Below the pieces are notes generated by a model that was not told where the DNA came from, did no database searches, and was given only the letters and a program-made list of their open reading frames with translations. A stretch of 61,905 bases of DNA, the filler included, from Stramenopiles sp. TOSAG23-6 (Eukaryota), in assembly GCA_900128565.1 (NCBI GenBank). It is 24 parts of 24 records of this genome, joined end to end, with 100 filler letters (N's around TTAATTAATTAA, not from the genome) between each part and the next. Parts side by side here need not be neighbours in the genome. Positions count along the whole stretch, not along the records: positions 59,441 to 61,905 come from LT638030.1; 23 more parts are not named here. The stretch is one strand, 5' to 3'. A program made the position numbers and the translations under genes. Shown here in pieces: positions 59,541 through 61,905 of this stretch. How positions within the stretch are numbered: position 1 is the stretch's first letter; each line of letters opens with the position of its first letter.

Positions 59541-61821
59541 GTATTTAATTCTATGTTGGATTGTATTATCGAAAGTGGAGGCTTATTTTCAGGTCAAATA
59601 GAAATGCCAACAGTACCTCTTGAAGCACATCAAGAAAAAAAAATAAATTATGATAGAACTTTTTCTATACGAAAAATCATGCCTAAACAGAAATTGAAAA
59701 AATTGAAAACAAATATGAATAAATCTGAAATTGCATTACGTTGGCTCATTGGGATGAAGACTGAATTTGGTATAAATCCAGACACTGTCACATTAAATAC
59801 GATTCTACGCAAAAATGATTTTCTCCCACACGAAATGTTCGATTTTTTTCATCAAGCCACTTCCGAAAAACATGAAAAACATGAAAAACAACTCGGGATA
59901 AAACCTAATGTTTGGAGTTTTAATTTTATGATTAACAATTGTGAACAATGCAATGATTGGCCTGCAGCTCTAAAAGTATTTACATTAATGTCAAAGAAAA
60001 ACATAAATCCACAACCAACAACATATTCTCATTTAATATCAATGGCTGGAAGAAATAATTTATATAGTGAAATTTGTGATATAGTACAGTCAAAAATACA
60101 TTTGATGTCGCATGAATGCTTGGAATGGGCCGTTCATGCTGCTCACCGGACCCATAAATGGAATAATGTACATTATTTTATCGATAGAATGCTTGATATT
60201 GGAATAATTCCACAAAATGCAAATTTTAAAAGTGCTTTATTAGCATGTCATTATTCAAGTCCGTCTGGCGGTCCTTGTGTTGACACAGTATTTCGTTATA
60301 TTGAAACAGCTGAAAGATTAAATATTGGGATGAATAAGTTATACTCACCAGCCATTTCAGTTTGTGCAAGTGCTGGTGATTTCAATTCTGTGCGTATTGT
60401 ATGGGATAAGATGTTATCAAATGGTGTAAAACCGATGTATGTTTTATTTTTTTTTACGATGATTTTTTTTCGTACGAAATTTTGTACCTAAGATATTTTT
60501 TTTCAAATATTTTTCCAAAATACATTAGCGTTGATTATTCTGTGTGCATTCGACACTTAGTGAATACTGGGCATTGGCCTGAAGTACTGAAAGTTTTGAA
60601 TCATTTTGCAACAAGTACTGCGCCAGCGTCTTCTTGTGGATTTGGTAACATTGATCAACCACGATTTATTCGAGACAAATCACTGAGTGCATTTATATTC
60701 AGTTTGCCTCTGATTTCGTTAGCTTCATTAGTAGACAAAAGAAAAGTAAGCTCAATAGTTTCACTAGATAAAAATGTAGATATGAATGATGAAAGAAAAG
60801 AGACAAGTATTTATGTTCGTTTTATTTTTTTCAAATTCGATTTTTTTTTGTACGAAATTTCGTACCTAACAAATTTAAGTTTTTTTTTTTTGAAATATTT
60901 TTCCAAAATACATAGTTCATGACCCATTTTCTTCGAGACAATTTATCAAACACGAAATATATAGAAATAGTATTACAGGAAATGAAAAAATAGAAAATTA
61001 TAATTATAATAGGGTAGGAAATATTCATAGTAAAAATATAATGATTCATGATACTCATGATAATCCGTATATTGCCCTGTGTGTACGTTTTATTTTTTTT
61101 TTGAATTTCTAATTTTTTTTTCATACGAAATTTTGTACCTAACGAATTAAAAAAAANTATTTTTTCACAATGCATGCGGTGAGCGATTCAATGCTTCTTA
61201 CATTTTCTTCGGTAATGACGTCACCAGCTCCACAATATTCTAAATTACTTAGCAAAACTTTAAATAAAAGTATTAAAGGATTTTTAGCTGCTGGTAACGT
61301 TGNTGGAGCATGTATGTTTTATTTTTTTTTCAATTTTGAATTTTTTTTTTCGTACGAAATTTTGTACCTAACAAATATTTTTAGATTTTTTTTGTGAAAT
61401 ATTTTTCCAAAATACATTACGATTTAAGCGAACATTTGATACGAGTAATGTACGCATTCGCACCAATGACATGTTGCATATTATAGATAATTTATCAAAA
61501 GCAAGTCTATTTTCATCAGTGAATACTCCTCAAGTCGCATTAGAAATGTACTTTTTCATTTGAATTTCGAATTTATTTATTTATTTTCGTACGAAATTTT
61601 GTACCTAACAAATTTTTTTAGTTTTTTTTTTGAAATATTTTTTCATACTCCATGTTTCTCTCCGACATAGAATGTAAAAAATGGATACAAAGGACTTCAC
61701 AAAAAATACACAAAATACAAAATTTTGAATCGAGAGATGGTATACGGAATATACATACTACACATAATTTACATAATATACACGATACGTTACTTTGGAA
61801 GAAAAACAAACAGTGTGGAAT
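59541..61821 (+). CDS. Pentatricopeptide-repeat protein, partial; family introns at 60437-60525, 60815-60913, 61083-61175, 61312-61417, 61548-61653
   Basis: GINPDTVTLNTIL, GIKPNVWSFNFMI, PTTYSHLI PPR motifs; phase across 60815-60913 does not reconcile. Confidence 0.8.
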
Positions 61822-61905
61822 GTACGTTTTTATTATGAATTTCAAATTTATTTTTTTTTTTTTTGGTAAAAAAATTTTGTACCTAACAAATTTTTTTAGA
61901 TTTTT

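Noticed and set aside
60815..60913. Using this PPR intron as support for the acceptor rule
   Set aside because: Consensus boundaries give AGT TCA TGA while the open downstream frame is offset by one; unresolved (indel or different acceptor). The intron at 60437 also has an in-frame AG alternative.

Overview
This is not one locus. It is about 24 short contigs (~2.47-2.50 kb, sorted by length) joined by artificial N-TTAATTAATTAA-N spacers. They come from an AT-rich, flagellated microbial eukaryote (CFAP65, WDR47 and calflagin-like genes; possibly a stramenopile, not established). Inverted chimeras, a duplicated contig and small indels suggest an amplified single-cell or low-coverage assembly. 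Recognisable genes include a DENN protein, a proA C-terminus, WDR47, INO1, Sel1 proteins, WDR44, an eIF4G-like MA3/W2 protein, an ECHDC1-like hydratase, a P2X receptor, a GT4 glycosyltransferase, RPN2, TMTC, HMG-CoA lyase, CFAP65, a PPR protein and a PIF/Harbinger-type DDE transposase. Main result: most interrupted genes carry one family of mostly ~90-140 nt, sequence-similar introns with consensus GTAYGTTTT...(C)GTACGAAATTTYGTACCTAAC...AAATATTTTTCCAAAATACAT. These generally do not end in AG. Of 32 introns delimited by hand, 23 end in AT, 4 in AG, 2 in AC, and one each in CG, TT and TG; one starts with AT. Conserved protein motifs in HMGCL, TMTC, WDR47, P2X and GT4 are restored only with non-AG acceptors, and nearby AGs are skipped. 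The introns have short terminal inverted repeats, often a duplicated flanking dinucleotide, and a palindromic hairpin fused to the branch point. This suggests a transposon-derived (introner-like) family with AG-independent 3' splice-site choice. Also seen: an intronic box C/D snoRNA and many short telomere-like insertions in genes. All splice sites are inferred from DNA alone and need RNA confirmation.
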